Part shown: piece after piece, positions 47,804-57,650 of the stretch | Layout: the number at the start of each line of letters is the position of its first letter | Numbering within the stretch: the stretch's first letter is position 1 | Assembly (NCBI GenBank): GCA_963653535.1 | Contig: CAVJWU010000001.1 | Location: 45,030 to 109,029 of the forward strand | Origin: Azospirillum sp. CAG:239 | GTDB taxonomy: Bacteria; Bacillota_I; Bacilli_A; RFN20; CAG-449 | Direction: 5' to 3' | Length of the DNA stretch: 64,000 bases | Position numbers and translations under genes: made by a program | Notes under the pieces: model-generated | Told to the model about the DNA's origin: nothing | Seen by the model: only the letters and a program-made list of their open reading frames with translations | Database searches by the model: none

Positions 47804-49549
47804 ATGGAAATAGCAAAATATGTATTAATGTTTTTAGGAGGGTTAGGAGCTTTACTTATCGGCATGAAGATTTTCTCAGAGACAATTGAGAAAATGTGCG
47901 GTAAATTCTTAACTAAATTATTTGATAAAACGACTAAAAATAAATTTATGGGGGTTGGAATTGGTTGTTTAACTACGGCGATGATTCAATCTTCTGGTGC
48001 GACGACTGTCATGGTTGTCGGTTTAGCTAACTCTGGTATTTTACCTTTAGCCGCGGCCACTTCAATTATTATTGGGGCAAATATCGGTACGACTATTACC
48101 GCTCAAATCGCTGCAATATCAACTTTAGGTCAATCAGCGGTTTCGATCGGTGTCGTCTGTATGTCAGTTACGGCTGTTGGAATGTTTATGCAAATGATTG
48201 CTAAATCAAGAAAATGGAAAGATATTGGTTACGCGATCGCTAGTTTTGGTCTTATTTTCTTAGGACTAGAAATCATGTCTATTTCCATCGGTAAAGTTAC
48301 TTTAAATGATTCATTAGAAGTTATTTCTGGCAGCGGACTTTTAGGAGTTAATCTTGGAGGAAAAGATTACGTATATTATTACGTTCAAAACGTATTTAAT
48401 TCGGTTAGTAATCCTTTCTTACTTCTTTTAATTGGTCTTGCTCTTACCGCGGCTATGCAATCTTCTTCGGCATTAACGACTGTCTTAGTTTCGATGGTTA
48501 CGGCTGGACTAGTTGTTGGAGGTGGAGGAGATGGAGTAATCTATGTCTTACTTGGATCAAATATCGGTTCTTGTGTTACAGCATTAATTTCTTCCATTGG
48601 TACTTCTTGTAATGCTCGTAGAGCTTCGATGATTCACCTTCTATTCAATGTTGGAGGAGCAATTATCTTCATGGTTATATTGCTCATCTTAAATTTATTT
48701 AATTTATCTTTTATGGATTTAACATTCGGAAGATGGTTTTCTTTTTCACCAGCTTTACAAGTATCAATGTTTCATACTTTCTTTAATGTTGTGGCTTGTA
48801 TTATATTCTTACCATTTACTAAATATTTAGAAAAACTTGCTTGCCTTCTTGTTAGAGATAAGAAAAATGATGTTCCTAATAAATCTCATTTAGTTTATAC
48901 TGATCGACGTTTATTACGCGCTAACCCATCATTAACCTTATCTCAATTAAGAAAAGAAACGATGAATTTCGCTCAAGAATCTATGGATACATTAAATATT
49001 GCTTTAGAAGATTTCTTAACTAAAACAAAAGAACATTCAAAAGAAGTCAGTGATAAAATTGATGATCAAAATGAATATTCTAATGAAATCCTTTCTTTAT
49101 TAACTAGACTTTCATCTGTTAGTGAACTTTCAAAAGAAGATGCACATGATTTGACCGATCTTCACCATGTTATTTCTGACGTATTAAGAATTACCGAAGT
49201 TAGCGATAATGTTTTAAAATACACAGAAAAACAAATTGATAAAGATTTACATTTCTCTAAGGGAGTTGATGAACAAATTAGAGAAATGTTTAAAAAAGTT
49301 GAAGCTTTATATGATGTAACTAAAGTTTGCTATCTTGATAAAAATAAGAATTTATTAACGAAAGTAGATAAATTAGAAGATGAAATTGATAATTGTCGTT
49401 CCACTTTATTAAATCAACATATCGAAAGATTAACTAAAGGTTTATGTGAATATAGTAATATTTCAATATTTGTTAATTTAATTTCTAATTTAGAACGTGT
49501 CGGCGACCATTTACATTACATCGCTCACACTGTAGATGAAGGAGAATAA
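47804..49549 (+). CDS. Na/Pi-cotransporter family protein with a C-terminal PhoU-like domain
   Basis: TAMIQSSGATTVMVVGLANSG and a second repeat AAMQSSSALTTVLVSMV. The C-terminal half is alpha-helical and soluble. Confidence 0.7.
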   Translation: MEIAKYVLMFLGGLGALLIGMKIFSETIEKMCGKFLTKLFDKTTKNKFMGVGIGCLTTAMIQSSGATTVMVVGLANSGILPLAAATSIIIGANIGTTITAQIAAISTLGQSAVSIGVVCMSVTAVGMFMQMIAKSRKWKDIGYAIASFGLIFLGLEIMSISIGKVTLNDSLEVISGSGLLGVNLGGKDYVYYYVQNVFNSVSNPFLLLLIGLALTAAMQSSSALTTVLVSMVTAGLVVGGGGDGVIYVLLGSNIGSCVTALISSIGTSCNARRASMIHLLFNVGGAIIFMVILLILNLFNLSFMDLTFGRWFSFSPALQVSMFHTFFNVVACIIFLPFTKYLEKLACLLVRDKKNDVPNKSHLVYTDRRLLRANPSLTLSQLRKETMNFAQESMDTLNIALEDFLTKTKEHSKEVSDKIDDQNEYSNEILSLLTRLSSVSELSKEDAHDLTDLHHVISDVLRITEVSDNVLKYTEKQIDKDLHFSKGVDEQIREMFKKVEALYDVTKVCYLDKNKNLLTKVDKLEDEIDNCRSTLLNQHIERLTKGLCEYSNISIFVNLISNLERVGDHLHYIAHTVDEGE

Positions 49550-49553
49550 TCAT

Positions 49554-50813
49554 ATGGAAGAAAAGAAAGCTCGCTCAAAAAGTTTTTTTAGAAAAGCAAA
49601 TACAATTATCGATCAATACAAAAAATTCTATAAAGAAGAACCAACTGATTGTTTTTCTTCTCCGGGAAGAATTGAAATTTTAGGAAATCATACTGACCAT
49701 AATAATGGCCTAGTCATGGTTAGTTCAATTGATTTATCGATTATGGCGGTTGCGAGAAAAAATGATAGTGAATTTGTTTCATATGCATCAAGTGAATTTC
49801 CTTCAATAAAAATTAATATTAATGATTTAACTTTTAAAGAAGAAGAAAAAGGTAATTCCACTTCTTTAATTAAAGGAATTCTTTTTAGAATGAAAGAATT
49901 AGGTTATTCTATCGGAGGAGTAAATATCTACGCGATATCAACTATTTATCGTGGTGCTGGTATTTCTTCAAGCGCAGCTTTTGAAGTTTTAATCGCGAAG
50001 ATTTTATCTTATTATTACAATAACGATGAAATTAAAAGAGTCGAACTTGCGAAAATTGCTCAATACGCGGAATCTACTTATTTTGGTAAACCTTGTGGTT
50101 TATTAGATCAAATGGGAATTGCTCTTGGCGCGATTAATTATATTGATTTTAAAAATCCTGATCGTCCATATATAAAACATTTATCTTCTCCAGTAGTAAA
50201 TTATGATTTAATTTTAGTTAATACCTTAGGTAGCCATTCTAAATTAACTCCTTTATTTAGTAAAATACGTGAAGATATGTCTTCTTTATCGGCTTATTTT
50301 AATAAAACTACTTTAAGAGAAGTTGGAGGAAGAGACTATTTTAGTAAAGAACATGAATTAAAAGAAAAATTCTCTAATGATGTTTTCTTAAGAGGAAAAC
50401 ATTATTTTGATGAAAATAATCGTGTTAGAAGAGCTTTAAAAGCTTGTGAAAACAATGATGAATTAACATTTTTAAAATGTATTAATGAATCAGGAGAATC
50501 ATCTTTTTATCAACTAAAAAATTGTTATGTTGAAAATGAAAATGAAGCTTTACCACAAGCGCTATTATTTACTAAAGAATTCCTTCAAGGTAAAGGAGCT
50601 TCACGCCTTAACGGGGGAGGTTTTGCTGGAACAATGACTTGCTTCTGCCCAAAAGAAAGAAGTGAAGAATATATATCGATAATGGAACAAAAATTTGGTA
50701 AAGGTAATGTTAAAAAGATTGCTTTAACTCGCCACGGAACTCGAAGAGTTTGTTCAGTTGAAGAAATAGTTAATGATGAAGAAATGCAAAAAGAAATAAA
50801 GGAAAATAAATAA
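49554..50813 (+). CDS. galK: Galactokinase
   Basis: SSPGRIEILGNHTDHNNG (galactokinase signature) and GAGISSSAAFEV (GHMP motif). The ATG at 49554 has an AGGAG RBS. The ORF track's start at 49536 lacks an RBS. Confidence 0.8.
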   Translation: MEEKKARSKSFFRKANTIIDQYKKFYKEEPTDCFSSPGRIEILGNHTDHNNGLVMVSSIDLSIMAVARKNDSEFVSYASSEFPSIKININDLTFKEEEKGNSTSLIKGILFRMKELGYSIGGVNIYAISTIYRGAGISSSAAFEVLIAKILSYYYNNDEIKRVELAKIAQYAESTYFGKPCGLLDQMGIALGAINYIDFKNPDRPYIKHLSSPVVNYDLILVNTLGSHSKLTPLFSKIREDMSSLSAYFNKTTLREVGGRDYFSKEHELKEKFSNDVFLRGKHYFDENNRVRRALKACENNDELTFLKCINESGESSFYQLKNCYVENENEALPQALLFTKEFLQGKGASRLNGGGFAGTMTCFCPKERSEEYISIMEQKFGKGNVKKIALTRHGTRRVCSVEEIVNDEEMQKEIKENK

Positions 50814-51115
50814 TGGAAAAAGAAGAATACGTAAAAGAATTTATTAAAGTTATTAACGCTCAAGAAGAAGATAAAATCTATCGTTTTTTTACTAGAAATA
50901 GTTCTATTTACCTTATAAATCAAGATAAAGAATTAGATTTAGGAGAATTAGTAACTTATTTAAAAGAAAATTATTTTGGTAAAGAAATAATAATTAATCG
51001 TGAACTTAAATCAAAAGTTTGTAATAAACTCGAAACAAAAGTTGAAAATAAAGATGTCTCCTTCTATTTTGAAATTAAAGATCGTCGTATATTTCGACTT
51101 GAAATATTAGATTAA
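50813..51115 (+). CDS. Hypothetical 100-aa protein
   Basis: ATG overlaps the galK stop as TAATG. No recognisable motifs. Confidence 0.35.
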   Translation: MEKEEYVKEFIKVINAQEEDKIYRFFTRNSSIYLINQDKELDLGELVTYLKENYFGKEIIINRELKSKVCNKLETKVENKDVSFYFEIKDRRIFRLEILD

Positions 51116-51137
51116 GCCTTCGGGCTTTTTCTTTTTA
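51114..51137 (+). terminator. Rho-independent terminator with a UUCG tetraloop
   Basis: aagcc-TTCG-ggctt followed by TTTTTCTTTTT. Confidence 0.55.
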
Positions 51138-51174
51138 GGATTTTTATTAAATTCACCACATTATATTTATAGAG

Positions 51175-51840
51175 GTGAATTTTATGATAGATGTAACAAA
51201 ATTAATAAGTATCGTTTCTTCTCTTAATAATAAACGATATGGTGAATTATCTAATAAGATGAAAGAAAATATAAAATATATTTTTTATGACATTCAAGAT
51301 AGTGATTTAATAAATGCTTATATAAACGAAGATGAAAAAGCAAATTTATATATTGTTATTCATTCTAAGGAAAAGAAAGTAAACCTGATAGTAAAAGAAA
51401 ATTCATATCTTTATGAAGAAAATTATTATGATTTCTTTTCTTTTTTAACGAAAAATAATATTTCTACTCCTGTTCTTAGAATCTTCTCTTATTATCATTT
51501 TTGTTTAGTTACTAAAATTAATCAAAGAATTAAATTAGACAAAAAAGAAATCTTACATGAATATCGAACTTATATTTCGTTAGTTAATGAAGAATTAAAT
51601 AAAGAAGAAAACTTAAAAAGAATAATTGCCCATTTCTTTAATGATGAAAAAGAACAAACATATATTTATTTCTATCACGTCAATAAAATATTTTGTTTTG
51701 AAGATTTATATTCCTTTATTAAAGAAGGAAAGAAAAAAGATGAAGTTATTCACTTTGGTACATTAGAATATAAACCTAATTTATTACGATTAAATAAGGC
51801 ATTTTATGATTATTCAAAAATTAAGATTAATTTAAAATGA
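51175..51840 (+). CDS. Hypothetical 221-aa protein
   Basis: Long AT-rich ORF with no recognisable motifs. Confidence 0.35.
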   Translation: MNFMIDVTKLISIVSSLNNKRYGELSNKMKENIKYIFYDIQDSDLINAYINEDEKANLYIVIHSKEKKVNLIVKENSYLYEENYYDFFSFLTKNNISTPVLRIFSYYHFCLVTKINQRIKLDKKEILHEYRTYISLVNEELNKEENLKRIIAHFFNDEKEQTYIYFYHVNKIFCFEDLYSFIKEGKKKDEVIHFGTLEYKPNLLRLNKAFYDYSKIKINLK

Positions 51841-51856
51841 GTAAAGTTTACTTAAA

Positions 51857-51885
51857 TTGACAAGTTAGTTAAATTGTAATAGAAT
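51857..51885 (+). promoter_or_regulatory. Candidate sigma-70 promoter
   Basis: TTGACA (51857-62), a 17-nt spacer, then TAGAAT (51880-85). Confidence 0.4.
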
Positions 51886-51916
51886 AAGCAAGAAAGGTAT
51901 AAAACTAACTAGTTTT

Positions 51917-52837
51917 ATGGTGAAAAATATGGATTTAGTTATTTTAGCCGCGGGTATGGGTTCTCGTTTTGGAGGATTAAAACAAATCGAACCTATTGAT
52001 AAATACGGCAATTTTATTATTGATTATTCAATTTATGATGCAAAGAAAGCAGGTTTTGATAAAGTCATCTTCATTATTAAAGAAGAAAATTATGAAATCT
52101 TCAAAGATACTATTGGTAAAAGAGTAGAAGATAAGATTGAAACTCATTATGTTTTCCAAAAATTATCATTAATTCCAGAAGGTTATTCTTTACCAAGCGA
52201 TAGAGTTAAACCATTAGGTACCGCTCAAGCAATTCTTGCTGCTAAAGATGTTGTAAGTGATAAATTTATTATTATTAATGCCGACGATTATTATGGAAGC
52301 GATGCATTTAAGGTTGCCGCAGATTATTTAAGATCTTTAAAAGATGGTTCTAAAAATGTTTATGCAAACGTCGCTTATAAGGTTTCAAATACAATGACTG
52401 AAAATGGTTCAGTTAAAAGAGGCGTCTTATATTTTGATGAAGACAATAAATTAAAATATCTAGTTGAATCTAAGATTGAAAAAGTTGATGGTAAGATTAA
52501 TGCAACTCCATTAGATAAAGATGAAACTACCATTATTCCTGAATCAACTTTAGTCAGTATGAACATGTTCTGCTTCACTAGAGATATTATGGATTATTTA
52601 GTAAGAGATTTTGTTCCATTTATGGAAGAAAATAAGAATTCCTTAGATAAATGTGAATATTTAATTCCTACTGTTGTTTCTTCTTTAATCTCTAAAGGAG
52701 AAGTAAGCGTAAAAGTTCTTCCTACTACTTCAGTTTGGTATGGAATTACCTATAAAGCAGATAAAGAAGATGTTGTTTCTTCTTTAGCTTCTTTAATGGA
52801 AAAAGGTGAATATCCAGAAGGTATTTGGAAAAAATAA
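51917..52837 (+). CDS. Sugar-phosphate nucleotidyltransferase (NTP_transferase family)
   Basis: The N-terminus MDLVILAAGMGSRFGGLKQIEPI is G-x-G-x-R nucleotide-binding loop. Start is uncertain, either 51917 or 51929. Confidence 0.55.
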   Translation: MVKNMDLVILAAGMGSRFGGLKQIEPIDKYGNFIIDYSIYDAKKAGFDKVIFIIKEENYEIFKDTIGKRVEDKIETHYVFQKLSLIPEGYSLPSDRVKPLGTAQAILAAKDVVSDKFIIINADDYYGSDAFKVAADYLRSLKDGSKNVYANVAYKVSNTMTENGSVKRGVLYFDEDNKLKYLVESKIEKVDGKINATPLDKDETTIIPESTLVSMNMFCFTRDIMDYLVRDFVPFMEENKNSLDKCEYLIPTVVSSLISKGEVSVKVLPTTSVWYGITYKADKEDVVSSLASLMEKGEYPEGIWKK

Positions 52838-52843
52838 ATAACT

Positions 52844-52872
52844 AAACTATCGTGTAAACGATAGTTTTTCTT
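52844..52872 (+). terminator. Rho-independent terminator
   Basis: aaactatcg-tgtaaa-cgatagttt followed by TTTTCTTT. Confidence 0.55.
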
Positions 52873-52912
52873 TATCTTTTAGTTTAAAATAAATTTAGAA
52901 AGTGGTGATGTT

Positions 52913-53455
52913 ATGGCTAAATATTTAATTTGTTCTGATGTTCATGGTGATGCGACATCAATGAAAAAAGTCTTAGAAATTTTTAATGAAGAAAAGTGCG
53001 ATAAAATCTTGTTGCTAGGAGATTTATTATATCATGGACCTAGAAATGATTTACCTAGTGGATATGCTCCTAAAGAAGTGATTAAGATGGTTAATCCGTT
53101 AAAAGATAAAATTATAATGGTAAGAGGTAACTGTGAAGCAGAAGTTGATCAGATGGTCCTTGATTTTCATATTTATAAAACAAAACATTTAGTTATTGAT
53201 GGACATAATTTTTATCTTGAACATGGTCATCATTTAGATAGATTTAATCCTAAATTTAAACCTGGTGATATCGTTTTAAGTGGACATACACATGTAAGTT
53301 TATGTGAAGAAGAAAGAGGAATATATTTTATTAATCCAGGATCTACATCAATTCCAAAAGATAGTATTGGAAAAGAATTTATGATATATGAAAATGGAAT
53401 GATAACTCTTTATACATTAGATCATAAATTGGTCTATTCAAAGAAGATTTTTTAG
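52913..53455 (+). CDS. YfcE/MJ0936-family metallophosphoesterase
   Basis: LICSDVHGD...LLGDLLYHGPRN...GNCE...GHTH motifs. Confidence 0.7.
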   Translation: MAKYLICSDVHGDATSMKKVLEIFNEEKCDKILLLGDLLYHGPRNDLPSGYAPKEVIKMVNPLKDKIIMVRGNCEAEVDQMVLDFHIYKTKHLVIDGHNFYLEHGHHLDRFNPKFKPGDIVLSGHTHVSLCEEERGIYFINPGSTSIPKDSIGKEFMIYENGMITLYTLDHKLVYSKKIF

Positions 53456-53469
53456 GGTAAAAAAATGAG

Positions 53470-53502
53470 AATTGGTTAAGTAAAAATTAACCAATTTTTT
53501 TA
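53470..53502 (+). terminator. Rho-independent terminator
   Basis: aattggttaa-gtaaaaa-ttaaccaatt followed by TTTTTTT. Confidence 0.6.
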
Positions 53503-53535
53503 ATAAAATTTTTTTAAAAAAATATAAAAAAATAA

Positions 53536-53563
53536 TTGTAATATAAAATAAAAAACTTATAAT
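53536..53563 (+). promoter_or_regulatory. Candidate promoter for the pot operon
   Basis: TTGTAA, a 16-nt spacer, then TATAAT (53558-63). Confidence 0.35.
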
Positions 53564-53567
53564 CATT

Positions 53568-54776
53568 TTGTTAATAAAAATTAGAAAGGTATTTATTAAC
53601 GTATTCGGATTACGTAGGGTGGATAAAAAAGTTATTATCGAACTTCAAGACATCGTAAAAAGTTACGATGATGAAGTTATTGTAGATCATTTGAATCTAC
53701 AAATTTACGAGAATGAGTTCTTAACTCTTCTTGGACCTTCTGGATGTGGCAAAACAACAACTCTAAGAATGATTGGAGGATTCGAAACACCAGATTCAGG
53801 AAATATTATTTTGAATAACAAAATAATTAATCAAATACCTTCTTATGCTAGACCTGTTAATACAGTCTTCCAAAAGTATGCATTATTTCCTCATTTGAAT
53901 GTTATTGATAATATTGCTTTTGGACTAGTTAATTCTAGTTATGAGAGAAAACTCGCTTTATATGGTAAAGAAAATATTGAAAACGATGTTTTAAAAGCGA
54001 GAAAAAAAGAATCGAATAGAAAACCTAATCGATTTGAAATGAATAGAGCAATCAAAAAGAGAATATATGAAGATGCATATAAAGCTTTAGAACTTGTCAA
54101 TTTAAAGGGCTATGAAAAAAGAAAGATTACTCAACTTTCTGGCGGCCAACAACAAAGAGTAGGCATCGCAAGAGCGATTGTTAATAAACCAACCATTCTT
54201 CTTTTAGATGAACCTTTATCGGCATTAGATTTAAAATTACGTCAATCGATGCATTACGAATTAAAAGAAATGCAAAGAAAATTAGGCATTACTTTCGTCT
54301 TTGTCACTCATGACCAAGAAGAAGCAATGACCATGTCTGATCGAATTGTCGTCATGAATGGAGGCTTAATTCAACAATTAGGCACACCAAAAGAAATTTA
54401 TAATGAACCAAAAAATAGATTCGTCGCGAACTTTATTGGTGAATCAAATATCTTTAGAGGAACATATGTTAAAAAAGATACTATTTCTTTTTATAACATT
54501 GAAATTCCTTGTGTTGGATATAACTTTAAGGACAATGAAACCATCGATATTGTTATTCGTCCAGAAGACTTTGATGTAGTTCCTTTAGATAAAGCTTATT
54601 TAAAAGCTCGTGTTACGTCTTGTATTTTTAAAGGCGTATTCTATGAAATCTGCGTTGATTATTTAGGTGATGAAATCGTTGTTCATGACTATGAAGAAGT
54701 TAAAGTAGGTGATGAAATTGGATTAAAAGTTGATCCATATGAAATCTCTTTAATGAAGGTAGAAGAACATGAATAA
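53568..54776 (+). CDS. potA: Spermidine/putrescine ABC transporter ATP-binding protein with an internal insertion of about 60 aa
   Basis: GPSGCGKTT Walker A, LSGGQQQRVGIARA signature, and LLLDEPLSALD Walker B. The insert ERKLALYGKENIENDVLKARKKESNRKPNRFEMNRAIKKRIYEDAYKAL sits between the Q-loop and the signature. The true start is uncertain: the GTG at 53619 or the ATT at 53595 after the AGAAAGG RBS. The ORF track's TTG at 53568 abuts the -10 box. Confidence 0.7.
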   Translation: MLIKIRKVFINVFGLRRVDKKVIIELQDIVKSYDDEVIVDHLNLQIYENEFLTLLGPSGCGKTTTLRMIGGFETPDSGNIILNNKIINQIPSYARPVNTVFQKYALFPHLNVIDNIAFGLVNSSYERKLALYGKENIENDVLKARKKESNRKPNRFEMNRAIKKRIYEDAYKALELVNLKGYEKRKITQLSGGQQQRVGIARAIVNKPTILLLDEPLSALDLKLRQSMHYELKEMQRKLGITFVFVTHDQEEAMTMSDRIVVMNGGLIQQLGTPKEIYNEPKNRFVANFIGESNIFRGTYVKKDTISFYNIEIPCVGYNFKDNETIDIVIRPEDFDVVPLDKAYLKARVTSCIFKGVFYEICVDYLGDEIVVHDYEEVKVGDEIGLKVDPYEISLMKVEEHE

Positions 54777-55605
54777 ATATTTTAAGAAATTTGGTATACC
54801 ATATTATGTATGGTTATTTCTTCTCGCCATTCTTCCTATCTTCATCATGCTTATTTTAGCTTTTGTCGATTGTGAAGGGGTTGATCTTAACGGAGCTAGT
54901 TTTACTTTTAATAATTTTTCGTTATTAACAACTAAATCTACTTTAATCAGTTTTGGTAATTCGTTAATGTACGCTTTTATTACCACTTTCTTATGCGCAG
55001 CAATCGGTTATATTGTCGCTTATCGAATCTATCGATCACATTTTAAAAATAAATTCTTAATTGTTACATTATTAATTCTTCCAATGTGGAGCAATATTTT
55101 ATTAAGAATTAATGCTTTAAAAAATATTATGGAACCTCATAATATCATCATTTCTATCTTAAATTCTTGGGGGCTAAATGTTGTAGGCCCTTCTCTTGCG
55201 GGTACTCCTATCGCGGTTATTATTGGTCTAGTAGCTACTTACTTACCATTTATGATTTTAACAATCTATACTGCTTTAGAAAAACTTGATTCTTCCTTAG
55301 AAGAAGCGGCCTTAGATTTAGGTTTAACCAATATGAAAAAGTTTTGGAAAGTAGTTTTCCCTTTATCTTTTAAAGGTATTATTACTGGCTCTATCATGGT
55401 ATTCTTACCATGTATGTCTGGATTTGCTATTCCAGAAATTCTCGGACAAGGTAATATCGTTTTAATCGGTAATGTCATAGATCAATTATTTAGAAACATG
55501 AATTATAACGCCGGAGCTTTATTAAGTATCGTCATCTTAATTTTAATTTTAGGCGCGATCGCGATAGTTAATGTTGTTGATAAGGAAGGAGAGACACTCA
55601 TATAA
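54769..55605 (+). CDS. potB: Spermidine/putrescine ABC transporter permease
   Basis: Six transmembrane helices. Has the EAA-like loop LDSSLEEAALDLG. Overlaps potA by 8 nt. Confidence 0.75.
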   Translation: MNKYFKKFGIPYYVWLFLLAILPIFIMLILAFVDCEGVDLNGASFTFNNFSLLTTKSTLISFGNSLMYAFITTFLCAAIGYIVAYRIYRSHFKNKFLIVTLLILPMWSNILLRINALKNIMEPHNIIISILNSWGLNVVGPSLAGTPIAVIIGLVATYLPFMILTIYTALEKLDSSLEEAALDLGLTNMKKFWKVVFPLSFKGIITGSIMVFLPCMSGFAIPEILGQGNIVLIGNVIDQLFRNMNYNAGALLSIVILILILGAIAIVNVVDKEGETLI

Positions 55606-55606
55606 T

Positions 55607-56464
55607 ATGGAATACGAAGTTGCAAAAATTGAAGATTACGGCTATAAAGATCATAAAGTATTTGAAAAGATATGGGATGTTATTTCTCGAATCATCGTCA
55701 TTTTAACGATTTTCGCACTTTATGCTTCAATTGTTGTTATCTTAATTCAATCATTTAATAAATCAAGCAATGTATCTTCTTTTACAGGATTTACATTCGA
55801 ATGGTATGGAAAGATTATTTCTTCTCGTGCTTTATGGAATTCAATTGTTAATACATTTGTAATTTCTATTTTAGCTACAGCAATTTCAACCTTACTTGGT
55901 ACTTTAATTGCAGTTGGTATCTTCTCTTTAAGCAAGAAATCTCAACGCATTTTATTGATGTTGAATAATATTCCTTTACTTAATGCAGACATTGTTACTG
56001 GTATTGGTTTAATGCTAGTATTTTCTATTTTTGTTAAGCTTTTCCCTTATTTCTTTGGTTGGAAAACGCTTCTTATCGCTCATGTATATTTTACTTTACC
56101 TTATATCGTATTATCAGTTTTACCTAAAATAAAAGAAATTGATGGAAACATGTTTGATGCTTCTTTAGATTTAGGCTTAAAGCCATTTAGATCTTTAATT
56201 AAAGTTATTATTCCTGCGATTAAAGCAGGTATCTTCTCAGGAATGATTTTAGCCTTTACAATGAGTTTTGATGATTTCGTTGTTTCTTATTATACAACTG
56301 GTAATGGATTTGATACTTTATCAATTTGGATTTATTCTTCGATTGGTAGAAAGAGTTTAACTCCTGCAGTTTATGCTTTCTCTTCATTATTTACGATTGT
56401 ATCGATGATTGTTGTTATCATTATGAATATTATTAAAGGAAGAAAAAAAGATGAAAAGAAGTAA
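55607..56464 (+). CDS. potC: Spermidine/putrescine ABC transporter permease
   Basis: Permease with MFDASLDLGLKPF EAA-like motif. The ATG at 55607 lies 1 nt after the potB stop. The ORF track's 55571 is an upstream extension that overlaps potB. Confidence 0.7.
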   Translation: MEYEVAKIEDYGYKDHKVFEKIWDVISRIIVILTIFALYASIVVILIQSFNKSSNVSSFTGFTFEWYGKIISSRALWNSIVNTFVISILATAISTLLGTLIAVGIFSLSKKSQRILLMLNNIPLLNADIVTGIGLMLVFSIFVKLFPYFFGWKTLLIAHVYFTLPYIVLSVLPKIKEIDGNMFDASLDLGLKPFRSLIKVIIPAIKAGIFSGMILAFTMSFDDFVVSYYTTGNGFDTLSIWIYSSIGRKSLTPAVYAFSSLFTIVSMIVVIIMNIIKGRKKDEKK

Positions 56465-57599
56465 GTTATTGTTTCTAGTAGGATTAATCTGTTCATCTTT
56501 AACTTCTACTAGTTGTTCAAATAAAGAAAAATTATTAATCCTTAACTGGGGTGAATATATTAATGATGAATTAGTCGCAGCTTTTGAAGAAGAATTTAAC
56601 TGTGAAGTAAGTATTTCTATCGCGGATAGTAACGAATTATTCTATTCAAAAGTAAAAAGTGGGACAACCGTTTATGATTTAGTTGTTCCAAGTGATTACA
56701 TGGTTAAAAAAATGTATGAAAGTGATTTACTTCAAAAAATAGATACTTCTAAATTAACAAATTTTTCACAAGATAAATTTCTTCCTGGAGTAAAAGGTAT
56801 TGAAGAAGAATATTCTTCTAAATATGATTTTGAAGAATATTATTCATATCAAATTCCTTATTTCTGGGGTACATTTGGCTTAATGTATAATAAACAAAAA
56901 GAAGGTCTTCAAGAAGCTTTAGAAACTTATTCTTGGGATGCTTTCTTTAATAAGGACTTGTTACCTAAAGGAACAACTACAGGCATGTATAATGTTCCTC
57001 GTGATTCTTACGCGGCTAGTATGTTCCATTTAGGTTATTCACCAAATGAAATGGGTGAAAAATACCTTCAAGAAGTTAAAGAAGATTTAACTAAAGCTAA
57101 TTTTGACCAATGGGGAACTGATGAATTAAAAAAACAAATTCAAAAAGGTGATTTAGATGTTGCTTTTGTCTATACTGGTGATTTCTTAGATATGTTCTAT
57201 CAAGATACTTCGGATGGAGGAAAAGGAATTGACGAAGTCACTTATGATATTTATATTCCTGATAATACGATTGCCTTTATGGATTCATTCGTTTTAACTA
57301 AAAACGCAAGAAATGTCGATTTAGCTTATAAATTTATGAATTATTTCTTAGATCCTGAAGTTGCTTATAAAAACGCAAGTGTTGTAGGTTATTGTACAAC
57401 TTTACAATCTTCTTATGATGAAATAGTCGCTTTAAAATCTTCTCCTGATCTATCTTCACAAGCTTGGTCATATGCAATGACTACTTATTACCCAATCTTA
57501 GAAGGAGAAAAGAAATATAAAGGTACTCCATTAATCAATTTTGATAAAAATTATTTAACAAAAGTAACTTCAATGGTTAATGATGTTAAAACAAATTAA
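56451..57599 (+). CDS. potD: Spermidine/putrescine-binding periplasmic lipoprotein
   Basis: Lipobox LTSTSC. A PotD-like substrate-binding protein of 382 aa with LNWGEYIND near the N-terminus. Confidence 0.75.
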   Translation: MKRSKLLFLVGLICSSLTSTSCSNKEKLLILNWGEYINDELVAAFEEEFNCEVSISIADSNELFYSKVKSGTTVYDLVVPSDYMVKKMYESDLLQKIDTSKLTNFSQDKFLPGVKGIEEEYSSKYDFEEYYSYQIPYFWGTFGLMYNKQKEGLQEALETYSWDAFFNKDLLPKGTTTGMYNVPRDSYAASMFHLGYSPNEMGEKYLQEVKEDLTKANFDQWGTDELKKQIQKGDLDVAFVYTGDFLDMFYQDTSDGGKGIDEVTYDIYIPDNTIAFMDSFVLTKNARNVDLAYKFMNYFLDPEVAYKNASVVGYCTTLQSSYDEIVALKSSPDLSSQAWSYAMTTYYPILEGEKKYKGTPLINFDKNYLTKVTSMVNDVKTN

Positions 57600-57650
57600 T
57601 TAAATATTAACTAACTACACGTATAATATAACTAGAAGGAGACTAAATAT

